Assembly (NCBI GenBank): GCA_024685175.1 | Contig: JAIKWD010000016.1 | Span: 119,757-183,756 of the forward strand | DNA from: Bacteroidales bacterium | Lineage (GTDB): Bacteria > Bacteroidota > Bacteroidia > Bacteroidales > WCHB1-69 | Length of the DNA stretch: 64,000 nucleotides | Direction of reading: 5' to 3' | Shown: positions 39,489 to 49,164 of the stretch, piece after piece | Layout of the letters: each line of letters starts with the position of its first letter | How positions within the stretch are numbered: position 1 is the stretch's first letter | The notes under the pieces: generated by a model | The model's input: the letters and a program-made list of their open reading frames with translations, nothing else | Database searches by the model: none | Told to the model about the DNA's origin: nothing | Made by a program: the position numbers and the translations under genes

Positions 39489-40509
39489 ATTTCATCAAGA
39501 ACGGGAATTTGTCGAAGTTCTTCAGTGAGATGGCTGTGCCTCGAGCCACTGCCTTGAGAGGGTCTTCGGCCACTTGGACGTTCAAGGTCGTCTTCTTGGC
39601 AAGACGTTTGTCAAGACCACGGAGAAGAGAGCCACCACCAGCCAAGTAAATGCCAGTCTTGTAAATATCGGCGGACAACTCAGGAGGTGTGTTTTCCAAG
39701 GCGTTGATGACGGCCGTCTCGATTTGAGCAATGGAACGATCGATAGCCTGAGCCACCTCGCGGTAGTTGACTTTTACGGCAGTCGGCACGCCGGTGAGCA
39801 AGTTTCGTCCATAAAACTCATAATCCGCAGGTGGATTTTCGAGGTCCTCGATGGCAGAGCCAACGTTGATCTTGATTTGTTCTGCAGTGGGTTCTCCGAT
39901 GGCGATATTATGTTTTTTACGCATGTATTCAATGATGTCACTATTGAAACGGTCACCGGCCACTTTAACAGACTTGAAGGTGGTGATACCGCCCAAAGAG
40001 ATAACGGCGATTTCAGCCGTACCGCCACCGATATCGATAATCATGTTACCGCAGGCGTCGAGGACATCGATGCCAATACCAATAGCAGCGGCCATGGGCT
40101 CTTGGATCAAGCGCACGTCCTTGGCGCCAGCCTGTTCGGCCGAGTCGCGTACGGCACGCTCTTCCACTTCCGTGATGCCAGAGGGAATACAGATAACCAT
40201 TTTTAAGGCGGGGGGCAAAAAATGACCCTTGTTGCTGGTCATCTTGATAAACTCACGCAACATCAACTCGGTGGAGTGAAAGTCGGCGATGACTCCGTCT
40301 CGCAACGGACGGATAGTGCGAATGCCTTCCGGCGTTTTGCCGTACATCATCAAAGCCTTTTTACCTACGGCTTTTACTTCTTTGGTTTTCTGATCGATAG
40401 CTATGATAGAAGGCTCGTCCACGACCACCTGGTTGTTATGCAAAATAACGGTGTTGGCCGTGCCTAAGTCAATAGCGATTTCTTTTGTGAATATTGAAAA
40501 AAGACCCAT
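39487..40509 (-). CDS. mreB: rod shape-determining protein MreB
   Basis: 340 aa. IAIDLGTANT, the actin-fold phosphate motifs and DIGGGTAEIAV are present. Confidence 0.95.
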   Translation of the reverse strand: MGLFSIFTKEIAIDLGTANTVILHNNQVVVDEPSIIAIDQKTKEVKAVGKKALMMYGKTPEGIRTIRPLRDGVIADFHSTELMLREFIKMTSNKGHFLPPALKMVICIPSGITEVEERAVRDSAEQAGAKDVRLIQEPMAAAIGIGIDVLDACGNMIIDIGGGTAEIAVISLGGITTFKSVKVAGDRFNSDIIEYMRKKHNIAIGEPTAEQIKINVGSAIEDLENPPADYEFYGRNLLTGVPTAVKVNYREVAQAIDRSIAQIETAVINALENTPPELSADIYKTGIYLAGGGSLLRGLDKRLAKKTTLNVQVAEDPLKAVARGTAISLKNFDKFPFLMK

Positions 40510-40534
40510 ATTTTACTTTCTAAGTTTAAGAATG

Positions 40535-40542
40535 CAAAGGTA
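40535..40542 (-). promoter_or_regulatory. -7 box TACCTTTG for mreB
   Basis: Matches TAnnTTTG on the minus strand, 25 nt upstream of the mreB ATG. Confidence 0.5.
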
Positions 40543-40665
40543 CTAAAAATAATCTTGTTTGTATACGTAGTTTTTCGGATTATGTTACAAACATGTTTTT
40601 GCTCATAGGATATTTTGGCCTTTAAGCAAATAAGGTTAATAAAAATAGCAACAGATGGAATGATC

Positions 40666-41526
40666 CTAGTTCTTGTTCTTCGCCTTGTACATGTCGAGAA
40701 CGTTTTGCATGAGCATGGCGATGGTCATAGGGCCGACGCCACCCGGCACTGGGGTGGCGGCACTGAGGCGCTGTTCCAATGCCTCGCGTGTGCGCGAACT
40801 GTAAACATCGCCTTCTAAGCCCTCTTCCGTGCGGTTGATGGCCACGTCAATAAGGACGGCGCCTTCTTTGAAGTCTTTGGGCTTAAGTAGTTGCGGATGG
40901 CCAGCCGCAGTGATGATGAGATCACCAATTCGTACGATATCGGACAGATTGCGCGTGTGAGAGTGGCAAAGTGTGACAGTGGCGTTTTGCCGAATGAGCA
41001 ATTGGGCGGTGGGCTCTCCGACCAACTGGCTACGACCAATAACCACCGCGTGTTTACCGGCGACATCAATCTGATTGGTTTCAAGCAAAGAGATAATACC
41101 CTTGGGCGTACACGGCATCACGTAAGGCTCGCCAAGATGCAATAATCCTACATTCATCAAGTGCAATCCGTCGGCATCTTTTCTATAATCAATGAAATCC
41201 AAGATTTTAGCACTGTCATAATGCTCTGGCAGAGGGAGTTGTATGAGGATGGCATCAATTGTGCGGTCATTGTTCAGGCGATCAATGAGGTCAAGGATCT
41301 CACGTTCTGTAGTATTAGTCGGAAGAAAATAGGTGTCGCAGTCCATCCCTAAGGATTTACAAGTTTTCTCTTTACTGCGGACATAGGACACACTGTCAGG
41401 TCGATCACCCACCAAGATGATTGCCAATTTGGGCACACGGAAGCCAATGGCCTTGATCATCTCAACTTCCTTGGAAATCTGATCCTTGATTTGTTGGGCA
41501 CAGGCCTTTCCATCTATGATTTTCAT
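40666..41526 (-). CDS. folD: bifunctional 5,10-methylene-THF dehydrogenase / methenyl-THF cyclohydrolase
   Basis: 286 aa. ILVGDRPDSVSYVRSK, IGRSQLVG and PVPGGVGPMT are present. Confidence 0.9.
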   Translation of the reverse strand: MKIIDGKACAQQIKDQISKEVEMIKAIGFRVPKLAIILVGDRPDSVSYVRSKEKTCKSLGMDCDTYFLPTNTTEREILDLIDRLNNDRTIDAILIQLPLPEHYDSAKILDFIDYRKDADGLHLMNVGLLHLGEPYVMPCTPKGIISLLETNQIDVAGKHAVVIGRSQLVGEPTAQLLIRQNATVTLCHSHTRNLSDIVRIGDLIITAAGHPQLLKPKDFKEGAVLIDVAINRTEEGLEGDVYSSRTREALEQRLSAATPVPGGVGPMTIAMLMQNVLDMYKAKNKN

Positions 41527-41530
41527 AATC

Positions 41531-41938
41531 TCAATAATCTAAATAACTAATTTTGTCGGGTACTATGTAGGCGTTTGGGTAGGTTTTTTGTATAGCTTTC
41601 AAATCTTTATACGCATCAAGACGAGTATAATAGTTGCCTACACGAATTTTGAAATAAGGTTCATTATAAGTGAGATAGACGCTTAAGTAGGGAAAGTTTT
41701 CTTTGATGGCAGCGCGCTCGCTTTCGGCCCGATTTCGTGAATTGTTGCCCGAAAAAGCCATAACCTGAATTCGAAAACCGTTGATTTTACTCACTTTCTC
41801 CCAAGCTTTGATGTAATCGTTTTCGATTTCTTTCACCTTGGGTTCAATGGAATACTGAACTTGGGCCAGGGTGACCAAGCCGAACGAAAGGAACAAAACG
41901 AAAAGCACTAATTTCTTCATTAGAAAAAATTTTGGCAA
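41531..41938 (-). CDS. SPOR-domain protein
   Basis: 135 aa with a signal peptide. FRIQVMAFSG...YFKIRVGNY...A matches the SPOR repeat pattern. The true start may be the MKKLVLF codon at 41920. Confidence 0.55.
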   Translation of the reverse strand: MPKFFLMKKLVLFVLFLSFGLVTLAQVQYSIEPKVKEIENDYIKAWEKVSKINGFRIQVMAFSGNNSRNRAESERAAIKENFPYLSVYLTYNEPYFKIRVGNYYTRLDAYKDLKAIQKTYPNAYIVPDKISYLDY

Positions 41939-41974
41939 AAATACTAAGAAAAAGTTAGAGACGGGATTCTTTTA

Positions 41975-42373
41975 TCAAAAATTAACGGTCACGCCATTTC
42001 CCGAAAGTTGGACTTTGCGTAAAATGCGTCCTCCCTCCTTGATTCTTTTGTTTCCTATCACATTAATTATGAAGGCCGCCAACCCACTTGCCCCTGTCAC
42101 AACGGCTCCTGAAATATACACCTCAGGCATGTTTTTATAAGCACCGATGCCAGTCAATGTGCCACCAACAATCCCTCCGACAACAGCAATGGTAATGCTA
42201 TTGTTTTTGAGACGAGCACCGGCCTCAATCAAGCTACCTGACTTGTTAAGCATATTTTGCAGTTGATAGGTCATCTGATTTGTCGTGTCAATGCTGCTGG
42301 TAGTTTGACTGGAATTTTGGGCATACACACAAACAGCAAACATAAGTGCAAGAAAGAAGATAATTTTTTTCAT
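41975..42373 (-). CDS. hypothetical secreted glycine-zipper protein
   Basis: 132 aa with a signal peptide and Gly/Ala-rich hydrophobic stretches (AVVGGIVGGTLTGIGA, GAVVTGASGLAA). Confidence 0.4.
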   Translation of the reverse strand: MKKIIFFLALMFAVCVYAQNSSQTTSSIDTTNQMTYQLQNMLNKSGSLIEAGARLKNNSITIAVVGGIVGGTLTGIGAYKNMPEVYISGAVVTGASGLAAFIINVIGNKRIKEGGRILRKVQLSGNGVTVNF

Positions 42374-42397
42374 AGACTTGTCTTTTAAGAGAATCTG

Positions 42398-43681
42398 TTA
42401 TTTCGAATAATAGTCAATCACCTCCTCCAACGTCTTTTTGCACACGGGGCAGAAGTCGTCGTAGCGGATTTGGTGCATCGTGCAGTGCTGGGCGGGACGA
42501 TATACGCCCTTAGACACGTAGCCGCCGCCTTCGTATGCGCCCAGTCGATCAAATCCGGGGTCATTTTTGTCGCAGGTGGGCGTGGGTATCGGTGTGCCGG
42601 GCTCCAACATGTCCAGCCACTTCGACTTGAAGTCCACCAAGGTGGTCACGTTGGGTTCCACAGGCTCGATGTCGGCAGGGTAAAAGTCTTGTACGGTGAC
42701 CTCTGAGGTGTAGTACTCGTCAGCTAGACCTCCGATGAGATGTCCCATCTCGTGCACGATCACATAATCGGGATATTGGCCGTGGTTGTAGACGGTGCAA
42801 TAGAAATTGTAAATGCCGCCGCCACCGTATTTTTCGCTGTTACAGATAATTACGATGGCATCATACGGAGCGTCGTCAGCCACGTCGTTGAGATGCCAAA
42901 CGCCCAAACACATCAAATAGCGATCCAAGTCGAGGGCGTTGTAGGCGCAGTTGATGAGCGTTTTGCGATAGATGTTGTTTTGCGGCTGCGTGATGCCAGA
43001 CTCTTCGGAGTATCCTTTGATGGCGCGGATGTTCACTTTCTTCTTCATCTCTTTGTACGGCGAGCAGTTCATCACGTAGGATGCGAAGCGCTTCATGTCG
43101 TGTTTGAGCAATTTGGCATCACTTTTGGCATAGCCGTCTGGAATGAAGAGGATGTCAATGGCCTTGTCGGGCTTTCCGCCCTTGTGTAGGTTCATCACAT
43201 TGTATTGCTTATGGGCTTTCTGCACGGGCGTGACCGCCGGATTGAAGTAACTCTCGGAGAGCACGGCGCCCACACGTCTGCGATCGTATGACGTAAATTT
43301 GAGGCGCACGGTTTGCTTAGGAAACGGAATGTTAACGCTTTCCTCCATAGAGGCGATTTCCAGTTCACCTTTCTCTGTGGTGCGGTATTCGGTAAAGAGG
43401 CAGGAATAACTACGGCTGTAGATGAGTTTGTTGGATAAAGAATCAAAGACTTCGATCATGATATCGCCGTAGTGGTTCGGTTCAATAAGATATTCTCGAG
43501 TTCCGCTCCACTCGCCGCCTGCTGTGAAGTGATCTATGGTCAGGGTTTCGGAGCTGAGATTGCCAATGTGCAGATAGTTGATGCGGAGGTTTTTGTTCAC
43601 GAAATATTGGTCAAAATGCTGAGCTTTGGCCATGCTGGTGCCCAGTAACGCAACAATTAGGAGGAGGATGGTTTTTTTCAT
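42398..43681 (-). CDS. M64 (IgA-peptidase-like) family zinc metallopeptidase
   Basis: Signal peptide MKKTILLLIVALLG, the zinc motif VHEMGHLIGGLADEY and a Cys pair near the C-terminus. The start was set at the ATG, because the track start is TTG. Confidence 0.8.
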   Translation of the reverse strand: MKKTILLLIVALLGTSMAKAQHFDQYFVNKNLRINYLHIGNLSSETLTIDHFTAGGEWSGTREYLIEPNHYGDIMIEVFDSLSNKLIYSRSYSCLFTEYRTTEKGELEIASMEESVNIPFPKQTVRLKFTSYDRRRVGAVLSESYFNPAVTPVQKAHKQYNVMNLHKGGKPDKAIDILFIPDGYAKSDAKLLKHDMKRFASYVMNCSPYKEMKKKVNIRAIKGYSEESGITQPQNNIYRKTLINCAYNALDLDRYLMCLGVWHLNDVADDAPYDAIVIICNSEKYGGGGIYNFYCTVYNHGQYPDYVIVHEMGHLIGGLADEYYTSEVTVQDFYPADIEPVEPNVTTLVDFKSKWLDMLEPGTPIPTPTCDKNDPGFDRLGAYEGGGYVSKGVYRPAQHCTMHQIRYDDFCPVCKKTLEEVIDYYSK

Positions 43682-43728
43682 TTTTGTTAAAATCAATATT
43701 GAAAATATTGTCGTTTCAAATTTTTTCC

Positions 43729-43736
43729 TATTTTTG
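43729..43736 (+). promoter_or_regulatory. -7 box TATTTTTG for tRNA-Thr
   Basis: Matches TAnnTTTG, 13 nt upstream of the tRNA 5' end. Confidence 0.55.
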
Positions 43737-43749
43737 CGGCCTCAAAAAA

Positions 43750-43822
<73 letters not shown>

Positions 43823-43827
43823 CTTCC

Positions 43828-43855
43828 AAGGACACTTACGGTGTCCTTTTTTTTA
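43828..43855. terminator. bidirectional terminator (tRNA-Thr / adenosine kinase)
   Basis: aaggacac-ttacg-gtgtcctt followed by T8. Confidence 0.65.
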
Positions 43856-44824
43856 TGCAAAGAACTTGGCATGCACCTCGTCCCACACTTCATCGGGCAG
43901 TTTGGCGCCGATGTATTTAATCACCTTTCCAGCTAGAAAAGAGGCTAGTTCACCTGCTTTTTCTGCAGAATAACCATTGAGAAGGCCATACAAAAAGCCC
44001 GAGGCGTATATGTCCCCCGCGCCGGTGGTGTCTACGGCCTTTATGGGAGTAACAGGTACACTAGTGATCATCCCGTCCATGCTGATGAAAGAGCCCTCCT
44101 TGCCAACCTTGACGACGGCGACAGGACAGTATTCGGCAAGCACTTTCAGCGCTTCGACTCCCTCTTTGTGTGTGAAGGCCTTTGCCTCTTCCTCGTTGGC
44201 GAAGATGATGTCCACATAGTCGGTCAGCAGCATTTTCACAAAGTCGTAGTTAGCCTCAATGATGTTGTAGCTGGCCATGTCCATGGATATTTTGAGCCCT
44301 TTCTCCTTGGCGATCTGACAGACGCGCAGGATGAGGTCGTGGTTGAAGATGAGATAGCCTTCCACGTGGATGAAGTCATATTGTGCAATCACTTCGGGGT
44401 CGACATCTTCGGGGGTCATCATGGCGGCGGCGCCCAAATAGGTGGCAAAGGTGCGTTCGGCGTCCTTGGAGATGAACGTGGTGGCGATGCCGGTGTCCAC
44501 GTCCGATAGAATCAGATGCGGAGTGACATGGAAACGCTGCATTTCGCTGCGGAAGAAATCACCCATCTCATCTTTGCCAATCTTGCCGATATAGCCGGCA
44601 GGTGCTCCCAAACGAGCAAGGCCATGGATCGTATTGGAAGTGGATCCTCCTGTAGCACACGACTGCTCGAAATTTTTGATGTCTTCGTGAATCTCACTCT
44701 TGCGGTCAGCGTCAATCATTACCATGCCGCCTTTGTCCAAGCCGTTTTCGGTTAAAATATCATCTTTGTCGATGTGGAGCAGAATGTCCACTAGAGCATT
44801 TCCTATGCCTAAAATTTTCTTCAT
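43853..44824 (-). CDS. adenosine kinase / PfkB-family carbohydrate kinase
   Basis: 323 aa. N-terminal GIGNALVD and the C-terminal DTTGAGD anion-hole motif are present. Confidence 0.75.
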   Translation of the reverse strand: MKKILGIGNALVDILLHIDKDDILTENGLDKGGMVMIDADRKSEIHEDIKNFEQSCATGGSTSNTIHGLARLGAPAGYIGKIGKDEMGDFFRSEMQRFHVTPHLILSDVDTGIATTFISKDAERTFATYLGAAAMMTPEDVDPEVIAQYDFIHVEGYLIFNHDLILRVCQIAKEKGLKISMDMASYNIIEANYDFVKMLLTDYVDIIFANEEEAKAFTHKEGVEALKVLAEYCPVAVVKVGKEGSFISMDGMITSVPVTPIKAVDTTGAGDIYASGFLYGLLNGYSAEKAGELASFLAGKVIKYIGAKLPDEVWDEVHAKFFA

Positions 44825-44859
44825 CTGTTATTATGTTAAAAAAGTTAAAAATCAAAAAT

Positions 44860-45291
44860 TTAGTTTGTCCCGTATTTCTCTTTAAAGGCCACGGCGTAGA
44901 GTTTGATCTGTTTGATCATAGAGGCCAGGCCGTTGGAGCGGGTGGGGGACAGGTGTTCGCGCAACCCGATAGCGTTGAGGTAAGATAAGTCGTTGTCGAG
45001 GATCTCCTGCGGAGTGTGCCCAGATAAAACCCTAAGGAGCAGGTTAACAATACCTTTGGTGATAATAGCATCGCTGTCAGCGGTGAAAAAAATCTTGCCC
45101 TCTTTGTAGTCTGCGTGCAACCATACCTGTGATTGACATCCCTCGATGAGATATTCCGGGGTCTTGTACTGTTCGTCAATCATTGGAAGTTCTTTTCCCA
45201 ATTCAATGATATAGTTGTATTTATCCATCCAATCGTCGAACATTTCAAACTCTTCCATCAAGTTCTGTTCCACTTCTTTCATTGTATCCAT
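44860..45291 (-). CDS. sufE: SufE-family sulfur acceptor protein
   Basis: 143 aa. The GCQSQVWL active-site Cys block and LSPTRSNGL are present. Confidence 0.85.
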   Translation of the reverse strand: MDTMKEVEQNLMEEFEMFDDWMDKYNYIIELGKELPMIDEQYKTPEYLIEGCQSQVWLHADYKEGKIFFTADSDAIITKGIVNLLLRVLSGHTPQEILDNDLSYLNAIGLREHLSPTRSNGLASMIKQIKLYAVAFKEKYGTN

Positions 45292-45303
45292 GTCTTTGAT
45301 ATG

Positions 45304-45816
45304 TTAATTATTGTTTATTTCGTTCTGTTCCACTTGAGAATGTTCTTCATCCCAATTCTTCTTCCAATCCAATACATGTGGGATGATAGGTTCAATATAT
45401 TTGTAGGTCAAGGAGGCTTCCTTGGTTTCTTTTTTGATAATGATATTCCGTGTGTCGATCATTTCCAGCATATAGAACAAGACACTGTAGACAATGAGTA
45501 CTTTGCCAATGCCAAAAAGTAATCCAAAAATGCGATCTATTGCGCCTGGAATTACCAGTTTGACAATCTGAGACATCAATTTTCCAGCAAGATGTACTAA
45601 AAACAACACGATAAAGAAAATCAGGACAAAAGCTATTTGTCTGGCTAAAAGCATTTTAGGCAACCACAAGGCAACTACATCGGCAAATCGATAGGAAATC
45701 CAAGCACCGAGAACTAAGGCTGCAATTGAGGCTAATTCATAGATAAGTCCCTTGCGAAATCCCATAAACGCAAACCAACACAACGGTATCAACACAAGTA
45801 TGTCTATGTAATTCAT
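45304..45816 (-). CDS. cvpA: CvpA-family membrane protein
   Basis: 170 aa with 4 TM helices. The N-terminus MNYIDILVLIPLCWFAFMGFRKGLI is typical of CvpA. Confidence 0.7.
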   Translation of the reverse strand: MNYIDILVLIPLCWFAFMGFRKGLIYELASIAALVLGAWISYRFADVVALWLPKMLLARQIAFVLIFFIVLFLVHLAGKLMSQIVKLVIPGAIDRIFGLLFGIGKVLIVYSVLFYMLEMIDTRNIIIKKETKEASLTYKYIEPIIPHVLDWKKNWDEEHSQVEQNEINNN

Positions 45817-45819
45817 GAT

Positions 45820-46572
45820 CTATAGGGATTTGCGTATTCTTTGCGTTAGAGGTTGAGCATATATGAAGTCGTTAAGCTTTTGGTTGTCCGATACCAATAC
45901 GCCGTCTTTGTCGCCGAACCATTCGAGATGGCCTTCGTAAATGAACGAAATGGTCTCTCCGATGGTGATGACGGAGTTGAGGTCGTGGGTGTTGACGATG
46001 GTGGTGATGCCGAACTCGTGTGTGATGTCGTAAATTAAATTGTCGATAACAAGAGAGGTTTTTGGGTCGAGGCCCGAGTTAGGCTCGTCGCAGAACAAAT
46101 ATTTGGGGTTGCAGGCGATGGCCCGTGCGATGGCGGCACGTTTCTTCATACCCCCGCTCAACTCGGCAGGGTAAAGTCTATTAACATCATCCAAGTCCAC
46201 GCGGTGTAAGCAAAAGTCAACGCGTTCGTGTTTCTCCTCGTTGGACATATTGGTGAACATATCGAGCGGGAACATTACGTTTTCTTCGATGGTCATGGAG
46301 TCAAACAAGGCAGAACCTTGAAACACCATGCCCATTTCAGCGCGGAGTTTGTGCTGTTCCGGTTCGTTCATGTGATGGAAGTCGCGCTCATTGTACAGGA
46401 CTACGCCCTCTTCTGGAGCAAAGAGACCCACCAGACACTTCATCAGGACAGTTTTGCCTGAACCTGAACGCCCAATTATAAGGTTTACCTTACCCTCCTC
46501 GAAAGTGGTGTTGATATCGAACAGCACCTGCCTGTCGCCAAAAAATTTCGATACTTGTTTGACTTCGATCAT
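45820..46572 (-). CDS. mlaF: ABC transporter ATP-binding protein (MlaF-like)
   Basis: Walker A GRSGSGKT, signature LSGGMKKRAAIARA and Walker B LFCDEPNSGLD. It abuts the MlaE permease gene. Confidence 0.85.
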   Translation of the reverse strand: MIEVKQVSKFFGDRQVLFDINTTFEEGKVNLIIGRSGSGKTVLMKCLVGLFAPEEGVVLYNERDFHHMNEPEQHKLRAEMGMVFQGSALFDSMTIEENVMFPLDMFTNMSNEEKHERVDFCLHRVDLDDVNRLYPAELSGGMKKRAAIARAIACNPKYLFCDEPNSGLDPKTSLVIDNLIYDITHEFGITTIVNTHDLNSVITIGETISFIYEGHLEWFGDKDGVLVSDNQKLNDFIYAQPLTQRIRKSL

Positions 46573-46573
46573 C

Positions 46574-47338
46574 TTACAGCATTATTTGAGTAACCAACAC
46601 GTTCAATATTAAAATAATAAAGCTAGATACAACAATACCTTGGGTACTGGCCTTACCCAATTCCAGAGCTCCTCCTTCAATTTTGTATCCATAAAAAGAG
46701 GCCACCGACGACATCACGAAGGCAAAAATAAATGTCTTAACGACAGCATAGACTATATCATAGACGCGAAAACAATAGGTTAAGCCGTCAAGAAAGTCAT
46801 ACATCGATACCATTCCAGTAAGGATGACCGTGACGTAACCCCCCAGCAAGGCGAAAAAGATGCTGAAGATAATCAAAACGGGGTTTACGATAAGAGAAGC
46901 AATAACCTTAGGGAGAACGAGATACGAAGCGGGATGGATGCCCATAACTTCTAGAGCATCAATTTGTTCGGTAACTCTCATACTACCGATTTCGGCTGTA
47001 ATGCGTGATCCGAGGTTGCCTACGAGAAGCAGACTGATAATGGTAGGGCAAAGTTCCATGACGATGGAAGTACGGGAAACGAACCCCACCGTCCAGGTGG
47101 GTATCCAGCTGCTTTCTATCTGCATGGCCGTTTGGGTGGTGATGACGCTACCCATGGCGATGGAAACAATACTGACAATCAACATGGATCCGATGCCCAT
47201 CGTATCCATCTCGAATACAAGCTTCTTAAAGAAAATGCTCCATTTGTCTGGCTTGGAAAAGACCTTACGCAGAAAAATGAAGTATTCGCCGATGGTGATA
47301 AAAAACCGCTCAATCATAGCCAAGCTAATAATGCGCAA
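46574..47338 (-). CDS. mlaE: MlaE-family ABC transporter permease
   Basis: 254 aa. RITAEIGSMRVTEQIDALEVMG is the MlaE signature. Confidence 0.85.
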   Translation of the reverse strand: MRIISLAMIERFFITIGEYFIFLRKVFSKPDKWSIFFKKLVFEMDTMGIGSMLIVSIVSIAMGSVITTQTAMQIESSWIPTWTVGFVSRTSIVMELCPTIISLLLVGNLGSRITAEIGSMRVTEQIDALEVMGIHPASYLVLPKVIASLIVNPVLIIFSIFFALLGGYVTVILTGMVSMYDFLDGLTYCFRVYDIVYAVVKTFIFAFVMSSVASFYGYKIEGGALELGKASTQGIVVSSFIILILNVLVTQIML

Positions 47339-47355
47339 AAATACACCTTTTTTTG

Positions 47356-47363
47356 TACTTTTG
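47356..47363 (+). promoter_or_regulatory. -7 box TACTTTTG for the DUF62 / C-N hydrolase pair
   Basis: Matches TAnnTTTG, 21 nt upstream of the ATG at 47385. Confidence 0.55.
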
Positions 47364-47384
47364 CGGCTGCCAAAATCATTATCG

Positions 47385-48155
47385 ATGAGACCTATTGTAA
47401 CCTTACTCAGTGATTGGAGAACGCGAGATCCCTATGTGGCCATGTTCAAAGGTGCACTTCTTACCGCCGCGCCTGAGGTTGAAATCATAGATATTACCCA
47501 TGTGGTGGATCTTTACAACTTGCAACAGGCTGCTTTTCTCACCCAACAGAGTTATCGTTCTTTTCCGGAAGGAAGTGTGCATCTTTTGCTTGCCGGCACG
47601 TCCCATGCCGCCAAAGCCAAAGCAGCCCCCATTTGCGTGCAATATGACAATCACTTTTTTATTGGTGAGGATAACGGTATCTTCTTTATGATGTTCAACA
47701 GGGATTTTCCCGTTGTGGCTCGCCAATATGCAGGCAATGAGACGAACATGACGGATCAACTTGTACAATTAGTAAAAGCGGTATGTGATAACAAGTTGGA
47801 ATCACAAACCATTGCGTATGACAACTTTAAACGTCAATTCGCCGCTTTGCCCATCCATTTTCCTTCTACTAAAACTATTGAAGGCGAAATTGTCTATATA
47901 GACGCTTATTACAATGCCATCACCAACATCCCTATAGATATGTTCAAAGAAGCGGTCCATGACGGCCCCTTCCAAGCCATCATCTCTTCCAAGAAAGATT
48001 GGCAATGTCAGGTCTATCATGACAATTACCAACCAGATGAGGAAATATATCTTACGCAAAATGCATTAGGATGTTTGGAAATCACGCTTTATCAGGGCGC
48101 CGTATCTGTGTTGGCAGACTTGAAGGTGGGAGATAAGATTACCATCAAATACTGA
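47385..48155 (+). CDS. SAM hydrolase / SAM-dependent halogenase family protein (DUF62)
   Basis: MRPIVTLLSDWRTRDPYVAMFKGALL matches the N-terminal DUF62 motif. The 175 upstream codons of the track ORF are antisense to mlaE and lie upstream of the promoter. Confidence 0.75.
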   Translation: MRPIVTLLSDWRTRDPYVAMFKGALLTAAPEVEIIDITHVVDLYNLQQAAFLTQQSYRSFPEGSVHLLLAGTSHAAKAKAAPICVQYDNHFFIGEDNGIFFMMFNRDFPVVARQYAGNETNMTDQLVQLVKAVCDNKLESQTIAYDNFKRQFAALPIHFPSTKTIEGEIVYIDAYYNAITNIPIDMFKEAVHDGPFQAIISSKKDWQCQVYHDNYQPDEEIYLTQNALGCLEITLYQGAVSVLADLKVGDKITIKY

Positions 48156-48159
48156 TCTC

Positions 48160-48933
48160 ATGATTACCGTAGGACTCATTCAAGCCGACATAAAATCGCA
48201 TGGTTTAGAGGTCAACCTTAAGCATTACGAAGAATTGCTTATGGCACAAATTACAGAGGAGGTCAATTTGTTGGTGTTTCCCGAAATGTTCAATTGTGGT
48301 TTTTCTGCCGATTTTGACAAAGATGCCGAAAAAATGAACGGCCGTAGCATGGAGTTTTTATATCAGACGGCCCGTTATTTTAGGGCAGACGTAGTGGCCA
48401 CATTGCCCATAAAAGAGGAAGGCCGATTAGTAAATCGATTGGTTTGGTTGTCTCCCGACCGGTTATTGGGATGTTATGACAAACGCCACCTATTCCTCGG
48501 TTCAGAACAAGCTTTATGTGCATCGGGCACCAAGCGTACCATAGTGGAAACGCTGGGCCAGCGTTGGCTGCCGCTTATCTGTTATGATGTGCGTTTTCCC
48601 GTTTGGAGTCGTAATTCATTTACCAACAATAGATTTGACTACGATTGTTTGATTTATACGGCCAACTTTCCCGCACCTCGAGAACAGGCTCTCTTGAAGC
48701 TTGCGGCCGCTCGTGCCATAGAAAACCAAGCTTTCGCTCTTGTGGTAAACAGAATTGGCTGCGACGGAGAAGGCCACTTGCATAAAGGCGGCACAACTTT
48801 CTTTTCCCCCGAAGGCGAAATTCTGGCTCAAGCCAAATACAACCAAGAACAAGTGCTTGTCCACCAATTGGACTTTGAACAACTTGTCCAATTGCGGAAG
48901 AATTTTCCCATAGCGGCTTCATGGGATAAATGA
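48160..48933 (+). CDS. carbon-nitrogen hydrolase family amidohydrolase (omega-amidase YafV-like)
   Basis: 257 aa. The Glu-Lys-Cys triad contexts FPEMF, YDKRHLF and LICYDVRFP are present. Confidence 0.8.
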   Translation: MITVGLIQADIKSHGLEVNLKHYEELLMAQITEEVNLLVFPEMFNCGFSADFDKDAEKMNGRSMEFLYQTARYFRADVVATLPIKEEGRLVNRLVWLSPDRLLGCYDKRHLFLGSEQALCASGTKRTIVETLGQRWLPLICYDVRFPVWSRNSFTNNRFDYDCLIYTANFPAPREQALLKLAAARAIENQAFALVVNRIGCDGEGHLHKGGTTFFSPEGEILAQAKYNQEQVLVHQLDFEQLVQLRKNFPIAASWDK

Positions 48934-49021
48934 AAGATAAAGATTTGGTTTCTATAAAATACTAGTTTTTAGTGTTTTACAATTTTTTCTACTTAGAATA
49001 AGGTTTATATTAAAAAAATTG

Positions 49022-49029
49022 TATTTTTG
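49022..49029 (+). promoter_or_regulatory. -7 box TATTTTTG for tRNA-Phe
   Basis: Matches TAnnTTTG, 19 nt upstream of the tRNA 5' end. Confidence 0.55.
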
Positions 49030-49048
49030 CAACCTCAAAAACTGAGAC

Positions 49049-49121
<73 letters not shown>

Positions 49122-49123
49122 CG

Positions 49124-49149
49124 AAGCCCCAAGCAATTGGGGCTTTTTT
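49124..49149 (+). terminator. rho-independent terminator after tRNA-Phe
   Basis: aagcccc-aagcaatt-ggggctt followed by a T-run. Confidence 0.65.
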
Positions 49150-49164
49150 GTTGGCATAAAAACA

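Noticed and set aside
46860-47384. 175-codon N-terminal extension of the DUF62 ORF in the track
   Set aside because: The extension is antisense to mlaE, lies upstream of the -7 box at 47356, and the DUF62 homology begins exactly at the ATG at 47385.
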